DNA of 64,000 nt from Phycisphaerales bacterium (lineage in GTDB: Bacteria > Planctomycetota > Phycisphaerae > Sedimentisphaerales > Anaerobacaceae), in the NCBI GenBank assembly GCA_020352515.1, contig CP070678.1, forward strand, positions 2,345,591 through 2,409,590, written 5' to 3'. Shown here one piece after another: positions 30,701 through 38,475 of the stretch; the stretch's first letter is position 1; the number at the start of each line of letters is the position of its first letter. The position numbers and the translations under genes were made by a program. The notes under the pieces were generated by a model. It did no database searches. It was not told the origin of the DNA and saw only the letters and a list, made by a program, of their open reading frames with translations.

Positions 30701-31577
30701 ACGGCCTGTACTCATGCACAACCGTATTGCCGTCCGGTGCCACTATCGCCACGCACTCATCGCTCGGCGCCAGCTTGAAATCGGCGTGCAAGTATGGTGC
30801 GCACGGGTCACGGACGTCGTTGCCGGAGGCAAGAACGACCAGAAACTTGCCGGGGCCGATGTTGACGTCCGGGAATTGCCAATCTCTCAGATTCGGGTCA
30901 GGATTGTCGCTGTTCCAGTTGGCCAAATACCAGCCGCCCAGATCGATGGTCGTAGCCGTGGGATTGTATATCTCTATCCAGTCGGGGTACTCATAAGGGT
31001 AACGCGGATCCTGCAGCGTGCCGTCGTTAACAGCCATAAACTCGCTGATGACCAGCGGCCTTTTATACTCTCCGCTCTCGGCGGCCGTCTGACGGTCGTG
31101 AATCTCAACCATCTTATGACGCGGCTTCGCCCAGCCGTATATATCCTTGAAATCGACTCTATGCACGCCCACCGCCAGATCCGTAGCCGTGAAATCACTG
31201 TCGAGCCAGGGACCGCCATCCACACACCATTTTGCCCCCTTGTTAACGGCCTGCTCAGGAAAGATTGTCACGAGCAGTGACCCCTTCTTCCGGCCGACGA
31301 CCCGCCAGTTCTCGGCCAGAAGCGCAAAATCGGCCATATCCACCCCGTCGAATCCGTCGAGGTTTGCGCTGCTGCCGCCCCCCGGCGGGGCCAGCCAGTC
31401 CAGGGCAAAACGCGCCACGTCCTGCCAGTCGACCTTGCAGTCGCCGGTCAAATCGCCCACGGGCGCCGGGTCGCACACCTCTGTATCAGGCACATTCGCA
31501 CCTGCCCTCGCAGCAAGCGACGCGAACAGTAGCGCCAGCAGCACAAGCTTGGCTTTCCAGCTGACCTTTCGAGTCAT
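24798..31577 (-). CDS. Giant secreted CotH-kinase-family protein with four lamin-tail domains, ConA-like and PA14-like modules
   Basis: 2259 aa with a signal peptide (KLVLLALLFASLAARAGA). Dockerin-like loops: DLTGDCKVDWQDVARFALDWL; DGFDGVDMADFALLAENW. Lamin-tail domains include LVISEFMAVN..PDWIEIYNPT, LRITEIMYHP..EFIELTNVG, VVINEVLAHS..PDWIELYNTA and IVISEIMYNP..EFVELHNCG. CotH core: YYHLYINGHYWGLYQTQER. It is a paralogue of the 12122-15772 gene. Confidence 0.85.
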   Translation of the reverse strand: MTRKVSWKAKLVLLALLFASLAARAGANVPDTEVCDPAPVGDLTGDCKVDWQDVARFALDWLAPPGGGSSANLDGFDGVDMADFALLAENWRVVGRKKGSLLVTIFPEQAVNKGAKWCVDGGPWLDSDFTATDLAVGVHRVDFKDIYGWAKPRHKMVEIHDRQTAAESGEYKRPLVISEFMAVNDGTLQDPRYPYEYPDWIEIYNPTATTIDLGGWYLANWNSDNPDPNLRDWQFPDVNIGPGKFLVVLASGNDVRDPCAPYLHADFKLAPSDECVAIVAPDGNTVVHEYRPYPEQLSDVSYGLAQYVEMLVPAGADVRYHVPGPQEAHLDWTNPDFNDSPWEPGRSPLDFEAGAEEIGRDIGSPAAPGSWLVINDLYVVQGDGEDIWTGPSTPGDDFYYVYTPLSGNGQITARIMSIEHTDDNAKAGVMIREDLTDTSSHAAMVLTTPAGHDTYAFQWVNGGDRDNRIEAADVTLPCWVRIVRLGDDFSGYYAPDKGGVPWPADWIEQGAANIPMAGSVYIGLCVTSCADGTLCTAVFDDVERAGEIGSRLRDLMSGANASLWTRIDFHVEDPDFYDAMTLSVRYEDAYVAYLNGAEVARKNFTGTPTWNSTADENRADELSSEFETVSLNEFLDLLRPMPQKNVLAVQAMNDSVSDEQFLILPELTVAKNEEVPQYFTSATPRRPNIAGAGGRVSEVWFSHKRGFYESSFELTLSTEMTDPDVRIMYTTDGSRPTQTHGIEYVPGFPLPIDGTTVIRAAAVRPGWLGSRVETHSYIFCADVIKQSLDGEAPGAGWPAPGYFNGQLMDYGMDRKVVLDDARYSGQAVVDALEAVATISLVTDLDNLFHPSEGIYVNACNNGRAWERPCSVELIYPPNPQGPGFPDIVPVRDANGLWRLALPAEMRGGFQIDSGIRIRGGFSCSGDDPKHAFRLFFRSAYGDATLRYPLFGDEGDDVFDHVDLRCSQNFSWAFEGDNKNTMVREVFSRDLQGQMDQPYTRSRYYHLYINGHYWGLYQTQERSEASWARSYMGGDKEDYDVVTSSAAAGRRMVPTDGSRAPLDRLYDQTIAGFGDYESYCRVQGLNIDGTRNDAYERLLDVENLIDFMIIEYYTGDSDGPGSRFGGIPDNTWGVFNRVNPDGWKWLHHDNEQTLGAGGKGGSVENLVEPFTSAGASRDYFNPHWLHEQLMFSNADYRMKFADRVHRHFHNGGLLSVERSRSRILERAYQIEKAIVAESARWGDAKHSFWAHTKDDHWWPEIDRLLYETFDPWGRKTYLTPRVETVLRQFSDVGWYPSVKPPVFAALDEYIFVDNPNGFGTIYYTLDGIDPRVPVAQSAPGALVTFVAEDAAKRYLVPSPANGGNLLGNAPGEFDVTYYQANITVGSIAAAESVIANPSYQSRVIGERTAVINYNNTNCPGHFPYDNPVAGGSGDLDDYVIEATAVVQIPRAGKWTFGVHSDAGFSLELGGPGSFYMDYPSPRSADDSLSVFDVTAPGAYNLRLVFFERGGWSGVEVFAAQGIHTTFGPDFRLVGDMAGGGLQVGEQKVWFASLFDHSGWSAGTGGIGYETEPAGDQNYVGLFDTDVRGLMYDDGGNPNANTSCYVRIPFACAVVEYSSLMLKVRYDAGFIAYLNGAEVARRIFPEGAEPKWSSSTYPNQHDDALAVALEPIDISDHIKLLREGNNTLAFHAMNISTASPDFLISAELVAAEAPHGDISPHALVYDSYLVLDKSTNVKARVLHGKTWSALTEDIYAIGPLAEKLRITEIMYHPLNTGDPNDPNEEFIELTNVGAQTINLNLVRFTKGIDFTFPPIDLQGGRRVVVVKNRSAFEAEHPGSSPLIAGEYSGSLDNAGERIRLEDAVGRTILDFKYDDNWRPLTDGAGFSLTIIDPANRDPNSWGLKDSWCPSAFAGGSPGADDAGLVPDPGAVVINEVLAHSHGTAPDWIELYNTAGFEIDLGGWFLSDSDFEPAKYEIAEGTVIGAYGYRVFYEDANFGEFSADPGRLVPFALSEHGDAVCLTAGRDGVLMGYREYESFGASQAGVSFARHFNEQTGGVDFTAASAATAGRGNAGLKVGPIVISEIMYNPVSGDQKQEFVELHNCGAADLTLYDSNEALSWKFTDGIDYTFPDYPGLTIPGGGYALVVKDANAYQDKYGPPPSGVALLGPYSGRLSNSGEKLELSRPGDVDSFGVRHYIRIEQVRYSDGSHPEDFDLPPFAVDPWRHTAAADGGGMSLSRMDPNSYGQDPTNWRGAVPSPGW

Positions 31578-31802
31578 CTCTCAGTTTCTCCGGCTTTTAC
31601 TACCTTACCCGCTTTGGCTGCCCTCGCGAGCAAATGGCTGGCAAGACGGTTGAACGTGCTTGCTCCGGTTTTCGCCGGTGCTGCATATAGTGCTCCTGTT
31701 CGGATGATGCGCCCCGATAGGCAGCAGTAACGCCGTTTCCGGCCCTCTTCGGCGGCTTCGACGTTGACACGGGCTGCAACAATCATAAACTGACCGGGCG
31801 TC

Positions 31803-32078
31803 ATGAAAAAGGCCTGTCATCTGCTATTGTCCGCACTTCTGATTCTGGGCGCCCGGTGCGGCACCGGTTGCTCGGCGCCTGCGAGCGCATACGAACCCGA
31901 CTGGCAGTCGTTGAAGCGCCACCAAACACGCGAATGGTCTCTCGACGCCAAGTTCGGCATATATACGCACTGGGGTCACGCCACCGTCGGGGCTGACCAC
32001 GGGCCGGCCGGAGAAGCGGAAGTGGCGTGCTTCGTTTGCGTGGAGGCCCATCCCTCCAACCCTGATGAGAACCAGTAG
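31803..32078 (+). pseudogene. N-terminal remnant of a GH29 alpha-L-fucosidase
   Basis: The 91-aa ORF has a lipoprotein-like signal peptide followed by [29 protein letters not shown], which is the conserved GH29 N-terminal stretch as I recall it. Similarity stops after ~55 aa, there is no RBS, and the rest of the ~450-aa enzyme is absent. Confidence 0.5.
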
Positions 32079-32327
32079 TACAGGCTGTTGACCTTGATGA
32101 TAGGAGAGGCTGCACGCCCCGTGTGATGACGCGGGTATACGGACCGGTCACCGTTGACGTTATCGAACCCTCCCAGACCTTATCCGCTATGTCAAGGATT
32201 TAGACACCGACGACTTTTTGCACACAACTGGAACGATGTTATCCGCCGACAGCACCTTGCATGACCTGTGCTCGGCCTTGCGGACGCATTTGTTTGGATA
32301 TTGGCAGATGTAAGACTCTGCAAGCCT

Positions 32328-33056
32328 CTACCTGCCGGCATACCACTTCCGATCAACGTCCTCACCGGTGGTTTCCTCGATATCCGATACGTGGCCGTCC
32401 AGCCAAGAGGTTACGGAGTCGCGGCGGTGGCGGAAGCATTCCTGAACGGCATCCGGAAACTCGGTTGCTCTCCAGCCGAGCCTCCACTGGGTCAGGTTGA
32501 TGTTCTCTCCGGGCAGGATGTGAAACATGTCGCCGTTGTCGTCCAGGAGCTGCTCTATATGGTCCTGGAAGGCGATTACCTCGGCGTGACGTTTGAACGC
32601 ATGATCGATGTTCTTGTTTGTAATGTAGTCATTCAGGCCGTACGAACAGTACTTGAAGTACTGCTGCATGGGGAATCCCCAGCCGGACCACTCCGGCCAA
32701 TCATCGACCCGCTTGGCGCTGGGGCACGCGTAGATCTTCCTGTTCTTGGCGTATGGGTCGTAGGCGATGCCCCAATAGGCCATCTCGTCATTCGGGCCGT
32801 ATTTCTTTACCACCGGCGGATTCTGCCATTCGTTGTCCCACAGGCCGTGATTCGGCGAGTCATGGGTCTTCCCGTCATGGTCGTCCGCGTACATTCTAAG
32901 GGCAAGAACGAGGCCCTTGACGTGCGCGGTGCAGACGGTCTTTTTTGCCTGATCCTTGGCGGCTCGAAGAGAGGGAAGCAGGATCGCCATAAGGATGGCT
33001 ATTATGGCAATCACCACGAGCAGCTCGATCAGTGTGAAAGCTCTCGACCTTGTCAT
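32328..33056 (-). CDS. Prepilin-type N-terminal cleavage/methylation protein with an H-X9-DG motif
   Basis: The start is moved to the ATG at 33056 ([30 protein letters not shown]). The C-terminus HRRDSVTSWLDGH fits H-X9-DG. Confidence 0.85.
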   Translation of the reverse strand: MTRSRAFTLIELLVVIAIIAILMAILLPSLRAAKDQAKKTVCTAHVKGLVLALRMYADDHDGKTHDSPNHGLWDNEWQNPPVVKKYGPNDEMAYWGIAYDPYAKNRKIYACPSAKRVDDWPEWSGWGFPMQQYFKYCSYGLNDYITNKNIDHAFKRHAEVIAFQDHIEQLLDDNGDMFHILPGENINLTQWRLGWRATEFPDAVQECFRHRRDSVTSWLDGHVSDIEETTGEDVDRKWYAGR

Positions 33057-33340
33057 TTTTGGCGGTTCCAAGACGGCGTATTGAACTGCCTTGTTAAAAT
33101 ATGGCGGCCGGCCCGCCTTCAGCATCTGCACTATACCAGAATGCCCGTACCAATTTCAAGCCTTTTGCGAGCAAATCGTCGCGGGCCTGCGGGCGCCGGG
33201 GCCGTGGGCTGCGCGTTGCGGCGCCAATTGTGGATTTCTCTTCTCCGGGGCGTTCAGCCTCGCAGAAGAATATGCCTTGGCAAGAGCCTCTCGTGTGCCC
33301 GGGCTCACCTTGCAGTCCGAGCGCAAGGTCAACTTGGGCC

Positions 33341-34801
33341 TCAATTATCCCGGAGGTTCTCACATTGACCCTGCTTGTTGGCGGGATCGGTGCATTTGAG
33401 ATAGTCGTCGGCAAACACGGCGAGGTCGAGCAGATTGAAAAGCCCGTCGTGGTTGAGATCGCCCGGCAGGTATATATTGCCGAACATGTGAATATTTCCG
33501 GTGTCCGTGCTGACAAAGAGCTTTCCGTTGGCGGCGGCCAGACCGCGAGCCCGTCCGTGGACCGCCCTGCTCCAGAGCTCCTCGCCGCTGGAGATCTCGT
33601 GAGCGGTGACCTTGTTGGTCCCGCCGGCAAAAAGCACGTCACCGGCCAGAATCAGCGAGTAGCACGGACTGTCGCAGGCCACGGACCAAACGGTGCCGCC
33701 GCTCCCGCGATCGAAGGCGCTCAATCGAGCATTGACTATCCTCCTGTCGTTCTTCGAGACATCGACGCTCAACTGCTCCGTGATGACGTACGCGGTTTGC
33801 CCGGAGACGATCATGCGCTTGCCGTTGGGGTAGGTGGCGATGTGGTCGGCGTATTCGTTTGCCCTGTAGCCGGTCCCGTGGTCCAGCCCGTGGGCGTATG
33901 CGTAGCCGGTGTCGGAGGTCAACAGAACATAACAGCCTCCGTCACCCGAGCGGCTGCCGACGTTGCGGCAGAAGGCGCCGCTGGAGCGATGGTAAACGCT
34001 CGGGTATCTTCTGCCCTGGGCGAGGTATATCTTCGTGCTTGAAACCAGAATCGCCGACATCGGCGTCGAGCCGCCCGAGGTGACATATAGGCCCGGCCCG
34101 GTCGCCGAACCGGTGGAGGCATCGACGGCGCACAGGTAGGATTCTTCCCAGGGCGCCAGGGACGCTGCGAAATACGCCTTGCCGTCCATCACCGCCGCGC
34201 CGGTTCGTATGGGCCACATGGGGATGAGGCTGCCGTTATTGCCTATGAGGCGGTCGTCGTGCGAGGGGCTGTACTTCCATACGAAGGCACCGTCCGCGGC
34301 GTTGATGCAGTAGGCGTATCCGTCATCGGAAGTGAAGTAGAGCCTGCCATCGTCGAAACTCGGCGGGTAGCGAACAGGGCCGTCCGTGTGAAAGAACCAC
34401 TCTTCTTTGCCTGTGCGAGCATCAAGGCAGTGAACCGAATCAGTAACTGAGGAGCCGAAATATACGAGGTCACCCACAGCGCTGACGAAAAACGCGGTGT
34501 CGAAATCCCGCATCGGCACCTGCATATTCCCGGCATAGGAATCCCAGGGGTGGCCGCCGTCCCAGGCCATCTGCGGCGGCGAGGGGGAGTAGTAAACCCA
34601 GGCCTGCTCCAGGTCTTCCAGTGGGAGAGTTTGGGCGCTGACTCCGCTTCTGCGATTGTCGTGCATGTACGTGGGCCAGTCCTCGGCCGCTGCCGACCCG
34701 AACAGCGCAAGAACCGCCAGGCACGCGGAGCAAACCGAGCCGCTACAGGCGCCTCTTGATGCCACCTGCGCCCCTGTGTTCTTTGCGTCGTATCTCATCA
34801 T
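33341..34801 (-). CDS. Secreted PQQ-like beta-propeller repeat protein with a C-terminal dockerin-like loop
   Basis: It has a signal peptide. DWPTYMHDNRRSG and repeated motifs (V.CLDARTGKEEW, AYCINAADGAFVWKY) are typical of BamB/PQQ-type propellers. The C-terminus reads GDLNHDGLFNLLDLAVFADDYLKC. Confidence 0.75.
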   Translation of the reverse strand: MMRYDAKNTGAQVASRGACSGSVCSACLAVLALFGSAAAEDWPTYMHDNRRSGVSAQTLPLEDLEQAWVYYSPSPPQMAWDGGHPWDSYAGNMQVPMRDFDTAFFVSAVGDLVYFGSSVTDSVHCLDARTGKEEWFFHTDGPVRYPPSFDDGRLYFTSDDGYAYCINAADGAFVWKYSPSHDDRLIGNNGSLIPMWPIRTGAAVMDGKAYFAASLAPWEESYLCAVDASTGSATGPGLYVTSGGSTPMSAILVSSTKIYLAQGRRYPSVYHRSSGAFCRNVGSRSGDGGCYVLLTSDTGYAYAHGLDHGTGYRANEYADHIATYPNGKRMIVSGQTAYVITEQLSVDVSKNDRRIVNARLSAFDRGSGGTVWSVACDSPCYSLILAGDVLFAGGTNKVTAHEISSGEELWSRAVHGRARGLAAANGKLFVSTDTGNIHMFGNIYLPGDLNHDGLFNLLDLAVFADDYLKCTDPANKQGQCENLRDN

Positions 34802-34823
34802 GACGTTCCTTCTTCAACTCTCT

Positions 34824-37100
34824 CTACCTGCCGGACGGCCGGGCCGGGCTGCGGACAAAAGCCACCGACGTCTGAAACCACTCGTTACAACTGCATCCGC
34901 CTCCGCCTTCGGGCAGAAGGACCATTGCCCCGCCGGGTATCGTGCTGAGCCAGCAGCTCGGGCGGATTCCGTTCCAGGTGCTCACGGCGCGCGAGTTTAC
35001 GTCCCACATGGCGATCCGGCCTCCGGAGCCGCGGTATATGAGCGCCCCGGCTGTTCCCGCGCGGGTGCTGCAGCCGGAACGGGCGCCGATCACAAGGCCC
35101 AGGTCCACGCCGGTGTTGATGTTGTAGCCTCTCGGTTCCAGATAAATGTTGTTGCCGACGACAACCGGGTGCTGTATGTGGCCGCCGTGGTTGTCGGTAG
35201 TCCAGTTGTGGCTGACCGGATTGCTGCTCCAGCCGGCTTTCGGGCTGCCGGTGCCGGCATCATAGGCATACAGATAGTATCTTGAAGTCGGACTGTTGGA
35301 AGATGCAAGAATCAGCGTCTCGTTTGCGTAGAGCAGATAGAATACAGGGATCCCGGCGGCCGGATTGATGGACCGCTGACAGAGTCTTGTACCGTCATCG
35401 GCATCGAGGCCAACCAGGTACTGCTGGTCCCACAGGTCCGAAATCCCGATTCGCCCGGAAGGGTGACTTTCAACGTCGGGATCGCGGCTCTCGACAAAAT
35501 AGATGCGGCCGCCACCGATTGTGATTGTCGAGTTGATGATAACGCCCTTGTCGGGGTCGCGGCTGTCGTAGGTCCATACCCTGGCGCCGGTATCCAGGTC
35601 ATCGGCAAATATGTACTTGCTGCAAACCTTGGCGGTGGCGCCGGTATCCGAACGATGGTCGTACCAGCCGGGCCCTCCCCAGATATTCGTGTAGTGTGCG
35701 CCGTCGAGCTGCGCGCTGCCGCAGAGCAGGTTACCGAAGCGCGCCACATAGCCCCAGTCCATTCCGTCGTCGTTCAGCCTGTATGTTTTTGTGCGGATGC
35801 CGGTGTCTCCATCGAGTCGCCAGCAGTCGTCGTCAACGGCAACGAATATGCCGGCGGCGTCGGCGCAGACATATCCGCCGTCGCGAGGTGTATTTACGCG
35901 CAGCAGTCCCGGTACCTCAAGCGACCAATATATGGCCCCGTTATACGAATCCATGGCGAGAATTCGGTCCAGGCCCTGGTGATAAAGCCGGCCGTTGGCC
36001 ATGACAGGCGGAGGCATTCGCGGATTGCGGTCCGCGCCGAAGTCCGCGCCCGGCCAGCCCAGCCACTGAACCTGCAATTGGCCGGTTCCCGTGGCGCCTT
36101 CGAGGTTGTCGCCGTCGTTGGCGGCGTTGTCGGCCCCGCCATATTGTCGCGGCCATTCGCCCGCGCCTGGCAGAGGGCCCCGCACCACTTCGCACCACAG
36201 GCCCGCCTCATCATCCGTCGTGGTATAGGTGAGGTTCGCAGCACTCAGCCAAGCTTCGAGCTCTTCCCGGCTGATGCGGTCCGGGCAACCGGTCGGCTGA
36301 CCGACATACATCGTACCGCCGCTCGGGCGAAGGACCCGGAAAGCCTCGGCGGCATAGCCAACACACTGGCCGTCAGAGACAACGTGGTCCGAGACAATCA
36401 GATTGAAGAAGTACCTGGTGAATTTCAGATCATCGAGCGACTCGACGTGCCGTATTTTGACTCTTGCGCCATAGACGCCTGCCTGCATGAGTCGGGTGAT
36501 TGCGGTCTCGACGTTTTCCGTATCCGCATCCACACCCACGATGGTCAGGTCGCTGCGTTTGGCCAGCTCGAACGCAAGTTGCCCCCGGCCGCACCCGTAA
36601 ACCATACAGTAGCCCTTCTTGATGCCGGTCCGGTTTATTATGTGGGTGGCGGCGGACTCGTAAAGCGGTGTCAGTGAGTCGGGCGGGTAAGGCGAGGCCG
36701 CACCGGAACAGTCCACACGCGTGTAGTTGATCGCGCCGTCAAAGGTGTGCACATCGCTGAACTGCTTGTCCGTGCGGGAGCCATAGCCGACGCGGTAGTA
36801 ATATTTGGTCCTGTATTGTAGGGGCGTCAAGGTGATCTCATGGGTAGTCGCGGCCGATGAATCTTCCGCCTTCAGACCCAGTGATTCGGTTGTGCCGTAC
36901 TCGACGATGGAGTTTTGCAGCTCGGATGTGTCCCAGCGGACCACGGCCGTATAGGGGCCGGTAAACTGCACGTATGGACCGACGTTGATCTCGGCGGCGC
37001 CTTGAGCAAAAGCCGCAGGGGCAAATAGCGCAACCGCGACCAACCGACCCCACCGGCCCGGCCGCTGCAATAACGTCGTCTTATTATTTCGTGTCTTCAT
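34824..37100 (-). CDS. Secreted fusion: Fn3-like (purple-acid-phosphatase N-type) domain, class I SAM-methyltransferase domain and PQQ-like beta-propeller
   Basis: Signal peptide: RLVAVALFAPAAFAQG. Fn3-like: VVRWDT...VEYGTT...YYYRV. MTase motif I: CMVYGCGRGQLAFELA (about 36575-36615). Post-I: IVGVDAD. Further motifs: FNLIVSD and RVLRPSGG. Propeller blades follow (NGRLYHQG, MDSYNGAIYWS). Confidence 0.75.
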   Translation of the reverse strand: MKTRNNKTTLLQRPGRWGRLVAVALFAPAAFAQGAAEINVGPYVQFTGPYTAVVRWDTSELQNSIVEYGTTESLGLKAEDSSAATTHEITLTPLQYRTKYYYRVGYGSRTDKQFSDVHTFDGAINYTRVDCSGAASPYPPDSLTPLYESAATHIINRTGIKKGYCMVYGCGRGQLAFELAKRSDLTIVGVDADTENVETAITRLMQAGVYGARVKIRHVESLDDLKFTRYFFNLIVSDHVVSDGQCVGYAAEAFRVLRPSGGTMYVGQPTGCPDRISREELEAWLSAANLTYTTTDDEAGLWCEVVRGPLPGAGEWPRQYGGADNAANDGDNLEGATGTGQLQVQWLGWPGADFGADRNPRMPPPVMANGRLYHQGLDRILAMDSYNGAIYWSLEVPGLLRVNTPRDGGYVCADAAGIFVAVDDDCWRLDGDTGIRTKTYRLNDDGMDWGYVARFGNLLCGSAQLDGAHYTNIWGGPGWYDHRSDTGATAKVCSKYIFADDLDTGARVWTYDSRDPDKGVIINSTITIGGGRIYFVESRDPDVESHPSGRIGISDLWDQQYLVGLDADDGTRLCQRSINPAAGIPVFYLLYANETLILASSNSPTSRYYLYAYDAGTGSPKAGWSSNPVSHNWTTDNHGGHIQHPVVVGNNIYLEPRGYNINTGVDLGLVIGARSGCSTRAGTAGALIYRGSGGRIAMWDVNSRAVSTWNGIRPSCWLSTIPGGAMVLLPEGGGGCSCNEWFQTSVAFVRSPARPSGR

Positions 37101-37121
37101 AGGCGTTTACTTCGAGCCCCC

Positions 37122-38339
37122 TTAGCGTTCGAGCCACAAGTCGGCCAACAGTGCAAAGTCAACAAGGTCCACATAGCAGTCCCTGTTCAAATCACTCCGC
37201 AGGTAGCCCCAGTCCCCGCACGTTAGCTCGTCATCGACGACTTTGACCTCGACCGACGCTATGCCTATCCCGTCGTAGGCTGTGTCTTCGCTTGTGGCCG
37301 TGTGGAAGATGGTGCTCGTGTGGGGGGCCTTGCCTTCATATATATCATCGTCAACGGCGGTCACGGTCACGGTCCGGACCACATCCCAGTCATCGGGGCC
37401 GAATTGCAGCACAACCAGCTTGCCGGGGCCGGCGCCGAGGTCGATTTGCGTGTCGCCGGGCATTGCCTTGATGTCCACGTCCGCCGAAGGACGGGAGTGC
37501 AGCGTAATTTCATACGTATCGGATTCGGCGCCTTCTTCGACAGTTGTGACGCCGCCGGATTCCGTGATTCTGACGCCAGGATGGCCGGCCAGTATCGGAT
37601 CGCCGGGCCCGCCGAGGGCGGCAATCTCCTGGGCCGTCAGGGGCCGGTCCCAGACGGCTATGTTCGAAAAGTACATAAGGGCGTCCTCTCCGTTGTTGTC
37701 GCCGCTGAAGACCACGTATGGATTGGCATGGCCGGCCGGATACAGGGAAAAACGACCATCGAGATCAAGACTGCCGGTATTGTGCCTGCCCTTGAGCTGC
37801 CCGTTGATGTAGAGATCGTGAAAGGCCACGGCGGGGTTGTTGTCCAGGTTGATCGTCAGGATCGCGCGGTACCAGGTGGAATGACTGCTGTACCACTGGC
37901 CGACCGTCGCGCTGTTCGTGTAGCCCAGTGCGCCCAAGCCCCAGCTTTCATCGCCCGGATTGATGAAATACTCGGAATCGTTGTAGGTGTCGTAGCCGCT
38001 CTGGTAGAAGGCCCGCCATTTGCCGGCGCTTGACTGGGGATACATAACGTCGAATAGAAGAGTGAACTCGTTGACGTAGGTGCTGCTGCCGCCGTTTGCG
38101 GCAATGCCGTGGGCGCACTGGTAATACGTGCCCGATTCGACCGCCACGGCCCCGTCCGCTCCGCTAATCCCGGCAACCGCAGATTGCCCGCTGCCGTTAA
38201 GAATAAGGTCATTGCCCACTGTTGCCTTGGTCAGATTGTGAGGGTCATTAAATTCCCACAACCCAACCACCTGAGCTTTTGCACAAGAGTGGAGGCAGAG
38301 AACAGCGATCAGCGATCTGACAAGTATCTGTTTTCGCAT
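37122..38339 (-). CDS. Secreted LamG/ConA-like lectin-fold protein with a Calx-beta-like domain and a C-terminal dockerin-like loop
   Basis: The start is moved to the ATG at 38339 (MRKQILVRSLIAVLCLHSCAKA). The N-domain is paralogous to the 38476 and 39602 genes. VTVTAVDDDIYEG and VKVVDDE resemble Calx-beta. The tail reads SDLNRDCYVDLVDFALLADLWLER. It lies 21 nt upstream of the MTase-propeller gene. Confidence 0.7.
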   Translation of the reverse strand: MRKQILVRSLIAVLCLHSCAKAQVVGLWEFNDPHNLTKATVGNDLILNGSGQSAVAGISGADGAVAVESGTYYQCAHGIAANGGSSTYVNEFTLLFDVMYPQSSAGKWRAFYQSGYDTYNDSEYFINPGDESWGLGALGYTNSATVGQWYSSHSTWYRAILTINLDNNPAVAFHDLYINGQLKGRHNTGSLDLDGRFSLYPAGHANPYVVFSGDNNGEDALMYFSNIAVWDRPLTAQEIAALGGPGDPILAGHPGVRITESGGVTTVEEGAESDTYEITLHSRPSADVDIKAMPGDTQIDLGAGPGKLVVLQFGPDDWDVVRTVTVTAVDDDIYEGKAPHTSTIFHTATSEDTAYDGIGIASVEVKVVDDELTCGDWGYLRSDLNRDCYVDLVDFALLADLWLER

Positions 38340-38475
38340 TCTTTCGTCTTGGGGCGGGCGTCTAAAGAGACACCCCGGACACGATGATCCGGGGTGTATC
38401 GCCCCGTCATACTGAATACTGATTTCGGCCCACAATCCCATTGCGAGCCCGAAACGGTTAACTCACGGATACGGC

